A stretch of DNA of 64,000 nucleotides from a virus, in IMG/VR virus record IMGVR_UViG_3300030688_000001; one strand, 5' to 3'. Below are positions 37,480 through 46,810 of the stretch, in pieces. The notes beneath the pieces are model-generated. The model did not search any database and was not told the origin of the DNA. It saw only the letters and a program-made list of their open reading frames with translations. How positions within the stretch are numbered: position 1 is the stretch's first letter; each line of letters begins with the position of its first letter. Made by a program: the position numbers and the translations under genes.

Positions 37480-37844
37480 AAGATAAGATTAAGAAAGTAT
37501 TGATTGAACGCAGTATTATGGAGCTACCTCTTAGTTTAAGTGGTGGATATGCTAATGGTTATGTAGGTATGCCTCCTGAACATCCTTGGTTCGGTAAGTA
37601 TTATACTAATCTTGACGTTTCCATTCACGGTGGGCTTACTTATTCCAACCCGTATTTACCTAATAATATATATGATACAACATTGTGGTGGATAGGATTT
37701 GATACTAGTCACTACGGCGATACTATAATTACCTGTAATAGAACTTACTGTGAAAATGAATTGAAATCCTTATATAATCAAGTAGTGGCTGCAATTCCTG
37801 GCATATACTGTATTTACGTTGATACTATCTGTCCTAAATTATGA
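37476..37844 (+). CDS. conserved phage protein of the HGGLTY type
   Basis: GYVGMPPEHPW, IHGGLTYS and WWIGFDTSH motifs. Confidence 0.7.
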   Translation: MKDKIKKVLIERSIMELPLSLSGGYANGYVGMPPEHPWFGKYYTNLDVSIHGGLTYSNPYLPNNIYDTTLWWIGFDTSHYGDTIITCNRTYCENELKSLYNQVVAAIPGIYCIYVDTICPKL

Positions 37845-37974
37845 GATTATTCATACCTTTAATCCTGGTAGTCTCCCTGCTCAGCTATTGGTTCTGGTCC
37901 ACCTATATCAGAAGTGAAAGTAAAAGACGTAGGGATATTAATTCTGACATTGAAAATAAACGCTTTGATGACTT

Positions 37975-38370
37975 ATGAAACTAACAAAAAGAGCTGATAG
38001 ATGGTATGACGAAAACGATAATAGTTGGTCTACAGAAGAATCAGCTACTACATATTCACCTACCTTAACTAATTGTTATAATTGTAGAGATTGTAATGCT
38101 TGTAGTGGTTGTAGTGGTTGTAATGGTTGTAGAGATTGTTATAATTGTAGTAATTGTATTGATTGTAGAGATTGTATTGATTGTAGTTATTGTGATGATT
38201 GTAGTGATTGTATTGCGTGTATTAATTGTATTACTTGTAGTGAGTGTAGTAGTTGCAGTAATTGTACTAATTTAATAGATTGTGAACCATCGCCCAGACC
38301 TAAAATAATTCAAAATGATACTAGACCAGAACTGAATATTAATGATAGAAGGCTAGAACTTGAACTATAA
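37975..38370 (+). CDS. CxxC-repeat protein, paralog 3
   Basis: MKLTKRADRWYDENDNSWSTEESATTYSPTLTNC followed by a CxxC tract. Confidence 0.75.
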   Translation: MKLTKRADRWYDENDNSWSTEESATTYSPTLTNCYNCRDCNACSGCSGCNGCRDCYNCSNCIDCRDCIDCSYCDDCSDCIACINCITCSECSSCSNCTNLIDCEPSPRPKIIQNDTRPELNINDRRLELEL

Positions 38371-38463
38371 AATATGACCTCTTATTTCTTCTAATAAGGC
38401 TCTCTTAGGTCATTCTTTTAGAAGGAAATATCTCATGTGTTTCCTTTTTTTAGCTAATAGTAA

Positions 38464-38491
38464 TTGACAATAATCCGTATACCTCTAAACT
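38464..38491 (+). promoter_or_regulatory. possible sigma70-type promoter
   Basis: TTGACA, 16 nt, TAAACT upstream of ATG 38506. Confidence 0.4.
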
Positions 38492-38505
38492 CTTTATTTA
38501 TCTAA

Positions 38506-39315
38506 ATGTATTCACGTAGTCAGATCATCTCTAAATTAGTCTATAGTATTGACCAACTATCAGCTCAGAACTTGGTTGGAGATATACTGGTTACGGCTAA
38601 AAGGTCTGATCAGTATGACGGTGAATTTCCTAACAAGTTAAATAAGCTGAATGCCTGCTTAAAGAAGTTGTTTAGTAAAGGAGTCTCTATCGTAACCAGG
38701 TCTGATTCTGGTAAACTACATGCTCATATAGGTGTGGAGATGCCTGGTCCTGTCACTAACTTTGACTGGGTAGCTTTTGAACAGAGTGAAAGATACTACA
38801 ATCTATATAAGCATTTTAAAGATAAGGATAGCTTGAAATTCTACAACTATTATACCAAGAAGTATAGAAATAGCCTCCCTACTACCTGGCAAGTTATTAA
38901 TAGTAAACTAATGAGTATAGGTAAAAAGCTGGGTTTAGGTCGAATATTCCTAACCCCTATTAGAAAGAATCTAACTGCATATAAATGGTATTTAGTATCT
39001 AATGTTCCTTATAAAAGAGAAAAGAGAGATAAATACATTAGATTCTTCTTTAGTTGGGGTATGGCGGTAGTAGATAAATGTCAGATATTAAATAAGTATA
39101 CTAAAGCATACCGTAATAAGCTCAAGTCATTTGCTGAAGGCTTGCAATTAACTAGTGAATCCTATAATATGGTTTTAAGAGATGTACTAGGTAATTCCTG
39201 GCATTATCGTGTTAATGAATTGATCAAACATATAGATTCTTTAGACTCTTTAGAATTAATCAAATATAATGAATTAAAGTCAACTGTAGCCCTGCATTTA
39301 CTTCGTTCTCAATGA
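38506..39315 (+). CDS. HUH-family (rolling-circle Rep-like) endonuclease homolog
   Basis: SGKLHAHIGV (HUH motif); LGLGRIFLTPIR...AYKWYL (motif-3-like tyrosines); LGNSWHY tail. Confidence 0.55.
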   Translation: MYSRSQIISKLVYSIDQLSAQNLVGDILVTAKRSDQYDGEFPNKLNKLNACLKKLFSKGVSIVTRSDSGKLHAHIGVEMPGPVTNFDWVAFEQSERYYNLYKHFKDKDSLKFYNYYTKKYRNSLPTTWQVINSKLMSIGKKLGLGRIFLTPIRKNLTAYKWYLVSNVPYKREKRDKYIRFFFSWGMAVVDKCQILNKYTKAYRNKLKSFAEGLQLTSESYNMVLRDVLGNSWHYRVNELIKHIDSLDSLELIKYNELKSTVALHLLRSQ

Positions 39316-40331
39316 ATAAAACATCCTTCTATAAAGGTTTACTAGCTGAGTTAACCAAACTAACCAAACTATCTGAACTAGCTAAAGAACCATCTAAAAA
39401 ACATTGGTATCAGAATCCTTATGTATTAGGAGGATTAGGTATTGGTGCTGGCGCTCTAGGTACTTATGGATTGAATAGATATTTTGATAATCCTGCAACA
39501 AGCCCAACCCAATCAATTACTACCTCTACTCCTACCACTCCTACCACTCCTGCCCCTACCTCATTTAACTCTTTGAATAATGGAATAGCTACTGGAGTTG
39601 GAGCAGGTTTAGGTGGTTTGGCTGTAAAGAAATGGGGCCTTAATGGAGTATCTGGTGGAGTTGATGCTCTTAGTGGAATTAATAATATATATGATAGTGT
39701 TTCAAATCCTGATAACTTAAGTCCTGGTTTAAGAGCAGTTCAAGGTGTAGGTGGTGCATCTCAAGCAGTATTAGGTGGTTTAGGTTTGGCTGGTAAATCT
39801 GTTCCTATGGGTGGATTTGGTAGTCTAGGTAGATCAGTATCTATGAGACCAATAACCAACCTTGCCTCCAAACTACTACCATCAGCTCTTAGAAGTACTG
39901 CCCCAGCTATACAAAGCTTCTTACCAGGTTTTGCTGCACCTCGAGCCATGACTGCTGCTGCTGGTAGTGTAGCTGCTGTACCGTTATCTGGTGGGGCTGC
40001 AGTTCAAGCTTTATTAAATGAAGGAGGAGATAAAGCTCAACAACATTCAGATTTGCTAGGTAGTGTAGCAGATAGTCTAGTAGGTACTAAGAATAACCCT
40101 GGTATAAGACAGGAACTAAGGTCTGGCGATCCGGCCTTAATCAATGATGCTAAACAAAGATTAAATAGTTTCTTTAGTTCTGGATCAAATAATCTAGTGA
40201 CAAGTCCTGGTACATTAGCTAATATAGGTTATAACCCTACTCCTTGGTCTAATAAAGGAAATACTGAGAATTTTCAGACTATTGCACATTTACTAGAACA
40301 AGTACGTAGAGAGGCAGAGTTAACCAAATAA
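39312..40331 (+). CDS. glycine-zipper putative ejection protein
   Basis: SFYKGLL leader; several GxxxG helices. Confidence 0.65.
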   Translation: MNKTSFYKGLLAELTKLTKLSELAKEPSKKHWYQNPYVLGGLGIGAGALGTYGLNRYFDNPATSPTQSITTSTPTTPTTPAPTSFNSLNNGIATGVGAGLGGLAVKKWGLNGVSGGVDALSGINNIYDSVSNPDNLSPGLRAVQGVGGASQAVLGGLGLAGKSVPMGGFGSLGRSVSMRPITNLASKLLPSALRSTAPAIQSFLPGFAAPRAMTAAAGSVAAVPLSGGAAVQALLNEGGDKAQQHSDLLGSVADSLVGTKNNPGIRQELRSGDPALINDAKQRLNSFFSSGSNNLVTSPGTLANIGYNPTPWSNKGNTENFQTIAHLLEQVRREAELTK

Positions 40332-40333
40332 TT

Positions 40334-41095
40334 ATGAGTAACTTATATAATGAATTTGTAAGCGGTTTCTTAAAGCTGGCTGAAGAAGAGAAGTGTGACG
40401 TAGATTTCCTCAAAGGCTATATTAAGCAAGCTGATGAAATAGTAGATATTTGGACGCAAGCCTTTGACGTACTAGCTAAAGAATCTGGTGACCCTCAATA
40501 CAAGGTTAAGCTAGCTAATGAGATTATTAGATTTACTCAACTACTACCTCAAATACATAAACAAGCAGATTTACAAGATACTGAGAAAGGTTATGAAAAC
40601 TTCCTAGGCGGACTTAATAATGGAGGATTAAGCCAGGGTCAAAATTGGCTGGAGCATCAATCCTGGATGCCTCAATTTATACAGCAAGCATTACATAACA
40701 ATCCAAACCTATTATCTAGTCTACTCTCTGGTAGTATGGGTGGTGGTTTAGGAGGACTATTAATTGGTGCATTGCTAGGTCATCCAATGTCTGGTCTGAT
40801 GCTGGGTGGTTTAGGTGGTGCAGCTTCAGGAGCATTCTTAGGTAATCAAGGTATTAGAGATATGTTTAATTCTGGAGATGGAGTTCCCAAACCTACTCCT
40901 CCTCCTCAAGAACTTCCAGACAGGGCTCCTAGTAGTCTGAATCATGGTCCTGACGATCTACCTACTAGTGCTCCTAGTAATCAGAGTCATGGTGTTATAG
41001 AACCAACTCCTACCTCAGCTCCTACTAATAGTATTCCTAATGTTAAACCTATTAGTCCTGTTAATAATGCAACAAATACAGTACCACATAAATAA
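40334..41095 (+). CDS. glycine-zipper putative ejection protein
   Basis: EFVSGFLKLA leader; KQA (twice) and KLA motifs; GGLGGLLIGALLG helix; Pro-rich tail. Confidence 0.65.
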   Translation: MSNLYNEFVSGFLKLAEEEKCDVDFLKGYIKQADEIVDIWTQAFDVLAKESGDPQYKVKLANEIIRFTQLLPQIHKQADLQDTEKGYENFLGGLNNGGLSQGQNWLEHQSWMPQFIQQALHNNPNLLSSLLSGSMGGGLGGLLIGALLGHPMSGLMLGGLGGAASGAFLGNQGIRDMFNSGDGVPKPTPPPQELPDRAPSSLNHGPDDLPTSAPSNQSHGVIEPTPTSAPTNSIPNVKPISPVNNATNTVPHK

Positions 41096-41099
41096 TCAT

Positions 41100-41312
41100 A
41101 TGTTTCTATATCTTACACAAATCCTTAAAGAAGCTAATGAGTTTGGTTTCGCTAATCAACCAAATACAAGTTTTAGTAATACAAATCCAGCTCCACAATC
41201 AGCTTCATTACCTCCTCCTAATCCTGCCCCACGACCTAGTCCTGTTCCTAGTATTGGCGGTATGACACCTAATATACAGACAAACAGCCCAGGGTTTACC
41301 AGAACTATATGA
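41100..41312 (+). CDS. small Pro-rich protein
   Basis: Probable start ATG 41100 (MFLYLTQILKEA). Confidence 0.5.
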   Translation: MFLYLTQILKEANEFGFANQPNTSFSNTNPAPQSASLPPPNPAPRPSPVPSIGGMTPNIQTNSPGFTRTI

Positions 41313-42220
41313 AACTAGATATTAATGATTTTAGTGAAGGTGTTAAAGATATCCTGGCACTATATAAACAAGGTAACAATATCTTTGAAATGAAGAGTGG
41401 TGATTTATTCCCTCACAACACTTCTCAATCTACCTGGCAGTTCGCCAAGGATAATGGTAATATACATTTCTCTGATGGTACTCATACTTATAGTTTTAAA
41501 GGTGATCTAAGTGAGTATGATACAGAATTGGAGAAGATGCCAGAAGCACCACTACCTAATGTATTTTCCAATGCTAAGATTAAGGGTAGGGCTCAGGTAC
41601 ATAGATCAGATCCAGGTAGTATATATTTTACTTTGCAAGAAGGACGAAATAATCCAACCTATACTTTAAAACATCAGGGAGATAGTAAATGGAAAGCTAT
41701 TCCTAAACCTAGAAAAGTCAAAGCCCAACTAAAAGAAACAGTTACTCCTCTTAATGTAAACTTGGAAAAAGTAAAAGAAGGTATGTTAAAAGAGTTGGAG
41801 GAATTCATTAAAGAAGGTGATGGACCAAGTTTTTTTGATAATGCCAATCATGTAATAGGTAGAGGAGTGCAAGGATTGGCTAATGGAATTACTAAACTTC
41901 CTCTATTACCTGGTAGAATTGGTGGAGAAGTACCAGTACAACAATCAGATAACGGTCCAATATCTACTGAGGGTGCAGGAACTATAGCCGGTAATGCCTT
42001 GCTAGCTAGTGGGATAGGTGCTGGTAGTGGTTTATTATATCATTTAGCTAAACGTAATCTGTTAAATACGACTCAAGAAAATGCTGAAGAAGATGCAGAA
42101 GGTGGAAAACTTGGTAAAAGAGTGATGTTACCAGCTCTAGGTATGGCTGGTTTAAATATAGCTGGTAGACAGATGCTACCTAACGCTATTAATGATCCTA
42201 AATTAAACATATTTCCTTAA
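41309..42220 (+). CDS. putative virion protein with C-terminal membrane helices
   Basis: 303 aa, in the operon. Confidence 0.65.
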   Translation: MKLDINDFSEGVKDILALYKQGNNIFEMKSGDLFPHNTSQSTWQFAKDNGNIHFSDGTHTYSFKGDLSEYDTELEKMPEAPLPNVFSNAKIKGRAQVHRSDPGSIYFTLQEGRNNPTYTLKHQGDSKWKAIPKPRKVKAQLKETVTPLNVNLEKVKEGMLKELEEFIKEGDGPSFFDNANHVIGRGVQGLANGITKLPLLPGRIGGEVPVQQSDNGPISTEGAGTIAGNALLASGIGAGSGLLYHLAKRNLLNTTQENAEEDAEGGKLGKRVMLPALGMAGLNIAGRQMLPNAINDPKLNIFP

Positions 42221-42224
42221 TTAA

Positions 42225-42527
42225 ATGGATATTGATACTATAATGAATCTGGTTAATAATGATAATAACCTGAGTAGTGAGCAGAAACAGGAATTGAATC
42301 AAGCAGAGAATAAACAGAAACTTGAAAAGTTATTATCTAGTGTAGCTGGTTCCGCTATAGGATTGGTAGTTGCTAAATTTAATGATTTAAGCAAGACTAC
42401 CCAAGTATTGTTAACACTATTAGGTTTTGGTCTGGGTAGTGTGATTTATGATTATTATCATCGTAGTAAGTTTGCTAATTACGATGACAAGACTAGAACT
42501 TATAAGATTGATACTGATAAATATTAA
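42225..42527 (+). CDS. two-TM membrane protein
   Basis: Two hydrophobic helices. Confidence 0.65.
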   Translation: MDIDTIMNLVNNDNNLSSEQKQELNQAENKQKLEKLLSSVAGSAIGLVVAKFNDLSKTTQVLLTLLGFGLGSVIYDYYHRSKFANYDDKTRTYKIDTDKY

Positions 42528-42530
42528 TAT

Positions 42531-42869
42531 ATGAATAAAGCTGAATTGATAAAAGAAGCAATCTCTGCTGAATTAGCTAAAGAAGGTAAGACATTGTTAG
42601 ACTTGGAGAGAGCCTTGAGTAAAGAGGCTGGTGGAGGTGGCTTGTTCTTTTCACCAGAATCGTTCACTAATGTAGGTAAAGGTCTATTAAATCTTTACGG
42701 AGCCTCAGCATTAGCGGTAGGTGCATTAGGAGGTACTGGTGCTTATATGGGGTTGCAGGCTAATGAGGATAGTACTAATCAACAATTAAAGAAAATCAGG
42801 GAAAAACAACAATACGAAGAAGCTACCAGATCTTTAATAGAACATATTAAAAACCCTTCAACTCTATAA
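42531..42869 (+). CDS. putative virion protein
   Basis: SKEA motif followed by a Gly-rich TM helix. Confidence 0.6.
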   Translation: MNKAELIKEAISAELAKEGKTLLDLERALSKEAGGGGLFFSPESFTNVGKGLLNLYGASALAVGALGGTGAYMGLQANEDSTNQQLKKIREKQQYEEATRSLIEHIKNPSTL

Positions 42870-42871
42870 TT

Positions 42872-43276
42872 ATGCCTAAGAAAAATATTGAGATTAAGAA
42901 TCGTGAAGACTTCATGCTGCAAGGAACATTGAGTGAGGTACCTTGGGAACCAAAGTCTGAAGAACAGATTCAGAAAGATTTATTTAAAAGTAGTGACCCG
43001 GATAAGATACTTGATGCTTTTGAAACTCAACTAGGTATAAAATCAAATAATGTACCTATTCCTAATGAGATCTATAAGTGTATATTTTTAAAACCATGTA
43101 GTGATGATGAACATGCTCAATTATTACAAGATTTATATAATAACTCTAGAAGATATAGAGTTTTGAATCGGTCTGATAATTGGACCCATAAAGGAGATTT
43201 GGTAATGTTTGTTGAATATGTTGAAAACCTGGATGTTAAAGCAGAGTTGGAGAAAGAGAAGGAAAACAATATATGA
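42872..43276 (+). CDS. hypothetical protein
   Basis: 134-aa ORF. Confidence 0.65.
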   Translation: MPKKNIEIKNREDFMLQGTLSEVPWEPKSEEQIQKDLFKSSDPDKILDAFETQLGIKSNNVPIPNEIYKCIFLKPCSDDEHAQLLQDLYNNSRRYRVLNRSDNWTHKGDLVMFVEYVENLDVKAELEKEKENNI

Positions 43277-44241
43277 ATGAAATTTTAAAGAAAGCTTCAG
43301 GCTATACTCCCCCAGAATTGATGTTGTTATCTGCTTTGGGTGGCGGAAGTGTATTTGCCGGACTAAGGTTGCTCACAGATATGGGGAGTAAATTAAATCC
43401 ACCTAAAGTAGAGCAAAATAAAATCAAGCTACAATTACCGGAAAATAATGGAATTGCTTCAGTAACTCCTGGGGAAGCTGGTCCATTACAAGGTTTCGGT
43501 AAATCAGCAGAACCAATGCAGCCTGATTGGTATGTTTCTCCTCTCTCAGCCTTAGTAGGTTTGCCTATAGGATTCTTAGGAACTAAAGCGCTTTATGACA
43601 AATATCAGGAGAATCAAGGAAATGCTCAGATAGCCGAAGCTAAAAAGAATTATACTAAGCAGTTAATGCTAGCTCAACAAATGAATAAAATGAGTGAAGA
43701 AACACCATTAGTAGATGCATTCTGTAAAGCTGCTGCAGAAGAATTGGATAAAGAAGCTGCTTCTTTACTTAGTTTGACAAAAGGTCTGATAAATAAAGTA
43801 CCAGGTCTTAATGCTGTAAAAGGTTTCACTAATCAACATAAATGGGTTACCCCTATCGCAGGTTTAGGTGCATTAGGTGTGGCTGATAATTATGTAGAAC
43901 CAACTACTAAATCTTTAACAGAAAATGCACCAAATGCTATGGGATTTGCTCCCTCAGCAGTACCTGGTATTGATAGTAGTACTATTATGAAGAATCTCCC
44001 TACTGATGATGCTAGCTTGTTAAGTGCTGAAGATAGTTTATCTAATAAAGCTTCTAAAGGTGGTAATGCATTTGTAAACAAGCTTACTGGTAATTATTGG
44101 GGACAGACTAAAGATACTTGGAAGGCATTAGCTGGTTTAGGTACAGCTGGTACATTCGGTATACTATTAAATAATCATCTAAAGAAAAAAGAGAAGGAAG
44201 AAAAAGCTCAATATCCTGTAGGTGTTGAATATGCAAAATAA
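43273..44241 (+). CDS. glycine-zipper putative ejection protein
   Basis: KKA, KSA, KAA and KEA motifs separate helical membrane-type segments. Confidence 0.65.
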   Translation: MNEILKKASGYTPPELMLLSALGGGSVFAGLRLLTDMGSKLNPPKVEQNKIKLQLPENNGIASVTPGEAGPLQGFGKSAEPMQPDWYVSPLSALVGLPIGFLGTKALYDKYQENQGNAQIAEAKKNYTKQLMLAQQMNKMSEETPLVDAFCKAAAEELDKEAASLLSLTKGLINKVPGLNAVKGFTNQHKWVTPIAGLGALGVADNYVEPTTKSLTENAPNAMGFAPSAVPGIDSSTIMKNLPTDDASLLSAEDSLSNKASKGGNAFVNKLTGNYWGQTKDTWKALAGLGTAGTFGILLNNHLKKKEKEEKAQYPVGVEYAK

Positions 44242-45031
44242 TGCTTTTTATAGAGGAGTACTTAGTGAGATAAATAAGTTTGCTCAAGTAACTCCTCCTA
44301 CACCTCAAATAACACCTTCAGCTCCTAGTCCAGTTATCTCAGGTATTAAGGCACCTCTTCTCTCTCAAACTCAGCATACAATAAATGATTTTGAAAGTGT
44401 TTATCCTAAAGTAGAATCAGCTTTGCCTAATATAGAGAAATCTATTAGTAGTATACCAGATAATCAATTAGCTTCCACTACTCCTGAGCAATTTAAAAAT
44501 ACAGTCACTCCTTCATTTTCACAGATACTAGCACATCCTATAAATAGTGCTTCATTAGCTGATAATCAAGGTAAACTTAATGATGTATTTACTAGTTTTC
44601 AAAATTTACCTCCTGAACAGCAAGCAGTAGCAATAAATACTATAGGTACTTATCATCCAGATTTAGCCAAATTCTTAAGTAGTCAGATAGAGAGAGGAGC
44701 TAAATCCAGTTTTAGTAATGCTTCCTGGTCTGATTTAGGTAGTGCTGCTAAACAAGGCCTAACTGGAGATCATAAAACATTATCTAGTGTGATGATGCAA
44801 GATCCTAAAATAAAGTCTCTAGTCACTAATTCTATGTTAGGGAGGGCTGGAGAACTTAGTGGTCAGTGGTTAAAGAATAATTGGCAGACTCTGGCTAGTG
44901 TGATAGGTGGAACAGCTTTGATAGGTTTGGTGTATAGTATTATGAAAAATACCGCAGCCACAGCCCAAGCTACCCAACAAACTCAACAAAATAGTTTACA
45001 ACCTAGGCTGAATGCTCCACAATCATTATAA
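44222..45031 (+). CDS. putative virion protein with C-terminal TM helix
   Basis: AFYRGVLSEINKFA leader; probable start ATG 44231. Confidence 0.65.
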   Translation: MLNMQNNAFYRGVLSEINKFAQVTPPTPQITPSAPSPVISGIKAPLLSQTQHTINDFESVYPKVESALPNIEKSISSIPDNQLASTTPEQFKNTVTPSFSQILAHPINSASLADNQGKLNDVFTSFQNLPPEQQAVAINTIGTYHPDLAKFLSSQIERGAKSSFSNASWSDLGSAAKQGLTGDHKTLSSVMMQDPKIKSLVTNSMLGRAGELSGQWLKNNWQTLASVIGGTALIGLVYSIMKNTAATAQATQQTQQNSLQPRLNAPQSL

Positions 45032-45033
45032 TT

Positions 45034-45732
45034 GTGAACAATCATATAGATCCATTATATAGTTTGCCTATTCCAAAGAATGTGCGTGGTTTTTTCGATC
45101 CAGAGAAGACTAGGGAATGGTTACATACTAAAGCCTTGGATTCTTTTCAGAAGAAGCTTAATACAATTGAAAGTCCAGCCTACAAACTAAAAGTAACAGA
45201 CTTATCTTATAATGCTCCTGAACATTCTCCAACTTATAAAGAACAAAATAAGGCTATAATGGAGAAAAGAGATTTGTCCACTCCATTACGAGGTACTTTT
45301 CAGATGATAGATAAGAAAACTGGTAATGTATTAGATACCAAAACTACAACTATCGCTCATATCCCCTGGCTTACTGAAAGGAATACAGTAATCTTACATG
45401 GTGCGGAATACTCAGTTGCACATCAACAACGTTTACTACCAGGTGTCTATACTCGTACTAAGGAATCTGGAGAAGCTGAAGCCCACATCAATGTCTTACC
45501 TGGAACTGGAGTAGGTGGCAAAGTAATTTTTTACCCTGACCGTGCATTATTCGTTTATCAAGTTGGAACTACTCAAATTAAGCTATATGGATTACTTAAA
45601 GAAATGGGCGTATCTGATAGTGAGATGGAGAAAGTTTGGGGTTCTGAAATATTCAATAAAAATAAATCTCAATATACTGGACTAGAATTTGATAAATTGT
45701 ATAATAAAGTCATAGGTAATGAAGAAGAATAA
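45034..45732 (+). CDS. rpoB: RNA polymerase beta subunit, N-terminal fragment
   Basis: IAHIPWLTERNTVILHGAEYSVAHQQRLLPGVY corresponds to beta [32 protein letters not shown]. Confidence 0.8.
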   Translation: MNNHIDPLYSLPIPKNVRGFFDPEKTREWLHTKALDSFQKKLNTIESPAYKLKVTDLSYNAPEHSPTYKEQNKAIMEKRDLSTPLRGTFQMIDKKTGNVLDTKTTTIAHIPWLTERNTVILHGAEYSVAHQQRLLPGVYTRTKESGEAEAHINVLPGTGVGGKVIFYPDRALFVYQVGTTQIKLYGLLKEMGVSDSEMEKVWGSEIFNKNKSQYTGLEFDKLYNKVIGNEEE

Positions 45733-45744
45733 CTACTCAAATAT

Positions 45745-46029
45745 ATGTCGAACGAAACACAATTAGAACAGCAATTGAATGCTGAATGGAGAAAAACTAT
45801 TAAAGATAATCTTGAAGAACTCAGGACTGGTCAAAAACAATTAGCTAAGGATATTACTGATATTAAGCTAAGTTGTGCTCAAGCAGATGAAGTAAAAAGT
45901 CTGAGAGAAAAGGTCGAAAAACTTGAATTATCTAAAGCTAAAACTACTGGAGTATTGGTAGCCGTAAATGTGATATTAATTTTTGCGGGCTGGTGTATTC
46001 AGACTTTACTGCTTGTACATCATAGTTAA
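45745..46029 (+). CDS. coiled-coil protein with C-terminal TM helix (holin/XhlA-like)
   Basis: Heptad repeats followed by a 20-aa hydrophobic helix. Confidence 0.45.
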   Translation: MSNETQLEQQLNAEWRKTIKDNLEELRTGQKQLAKDITDIKLSCAQADEVKSLREKVEKLELSKAKTTGVLVAVNVILIFAGWCIQTLLLVHHS

Positions 46030-46724
46030 GCAGGCCTTCTTCTTTCATTTCTTGGTAAGTTGAATTGTAGATATTTCTCATACTTTCTAGTCAGTCCAAT
46101 TCTGTCTTCTAGAAAGCCTTGATAAATATAGTTACCGAATTTATAACCACCACAAATGCTAGGTATAACTATTCTAGAACCCTTATGTCCAGTTTTTTTA
46201 TTAATCTCCCTCCCTATTCTATAATGAATCTCCATAGGTAATACTAATTTCTCAAAAGCAGACCAATCTTGAGTGTAGGGACCACAAATACTATAAGAAC
46301 AATGACCATCTCTGGATATACAAAAACAACCATCCCCATCACTGTAACCCCTCCACCAGTAATGAGTTAGGTTTTCAGGTATAATGCTTAATATTGTAGG
46401 AGCTTGATCTTTACTTCTATAATTGTAACTAATTAATTTAGTTGCTAATTCTACACTACCTTTTTGAAAACTCATTTGTAATTGCCCTGGTGGATTTGTT
46501 TTTTGTATATTTCTACGTATATTCCAATTCCAGGCTTTCATAAGTGTTGGTTCAATAATTACTGCATCAACTTGTTTTATAGCTATTTTAATTTTATTTT
46601 CTTTAGATATAGACCCGTCGGCCCAGATAAATCCTAACGTATATGCTGTCTCTGCTGTTATATTAGTTAAATCCATATAATGACAGTACACATTAGCTAC
46701 CACGCTGTCAATATTATAGCGCAT
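46026..46724 (-). CDS. free-standing double-motif LAGLIDADG homing endonuclease
   Basis: AYTLGFIWADGSI and WRGYSDGDGCF motifs; opposite orientation to its neighbours. Confidence 0.85.
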   Translation of the reverse strand: MRYNIDSVVANVYCHYMDLTNITAETAYTLGFIWADGSISKENKIKIAIKQVDAVIIEPTLMKAWNWNIRRNIQKTNPPGQLQMSFQKGSVELATKLISYNYRSKDQAPTILSIIPENLTHYWWRGYSDGDGCFCISRDGHCSYSICGPYTQDWSAFEKLVLPMEIHYRIGREINKKTGHKGSRIVIPSICGGYKFGNYIYQGFLEDRIGLTRKYEKYLQFNLPRNERRRPA

Positions 46725-46810
46725 ATATCTGTTGACTAAACTTATAATAATAGTTAATATAGAAATATACGAATAAACAATTATGTTTATTTTAACTAAT
46801 TATACAATCT

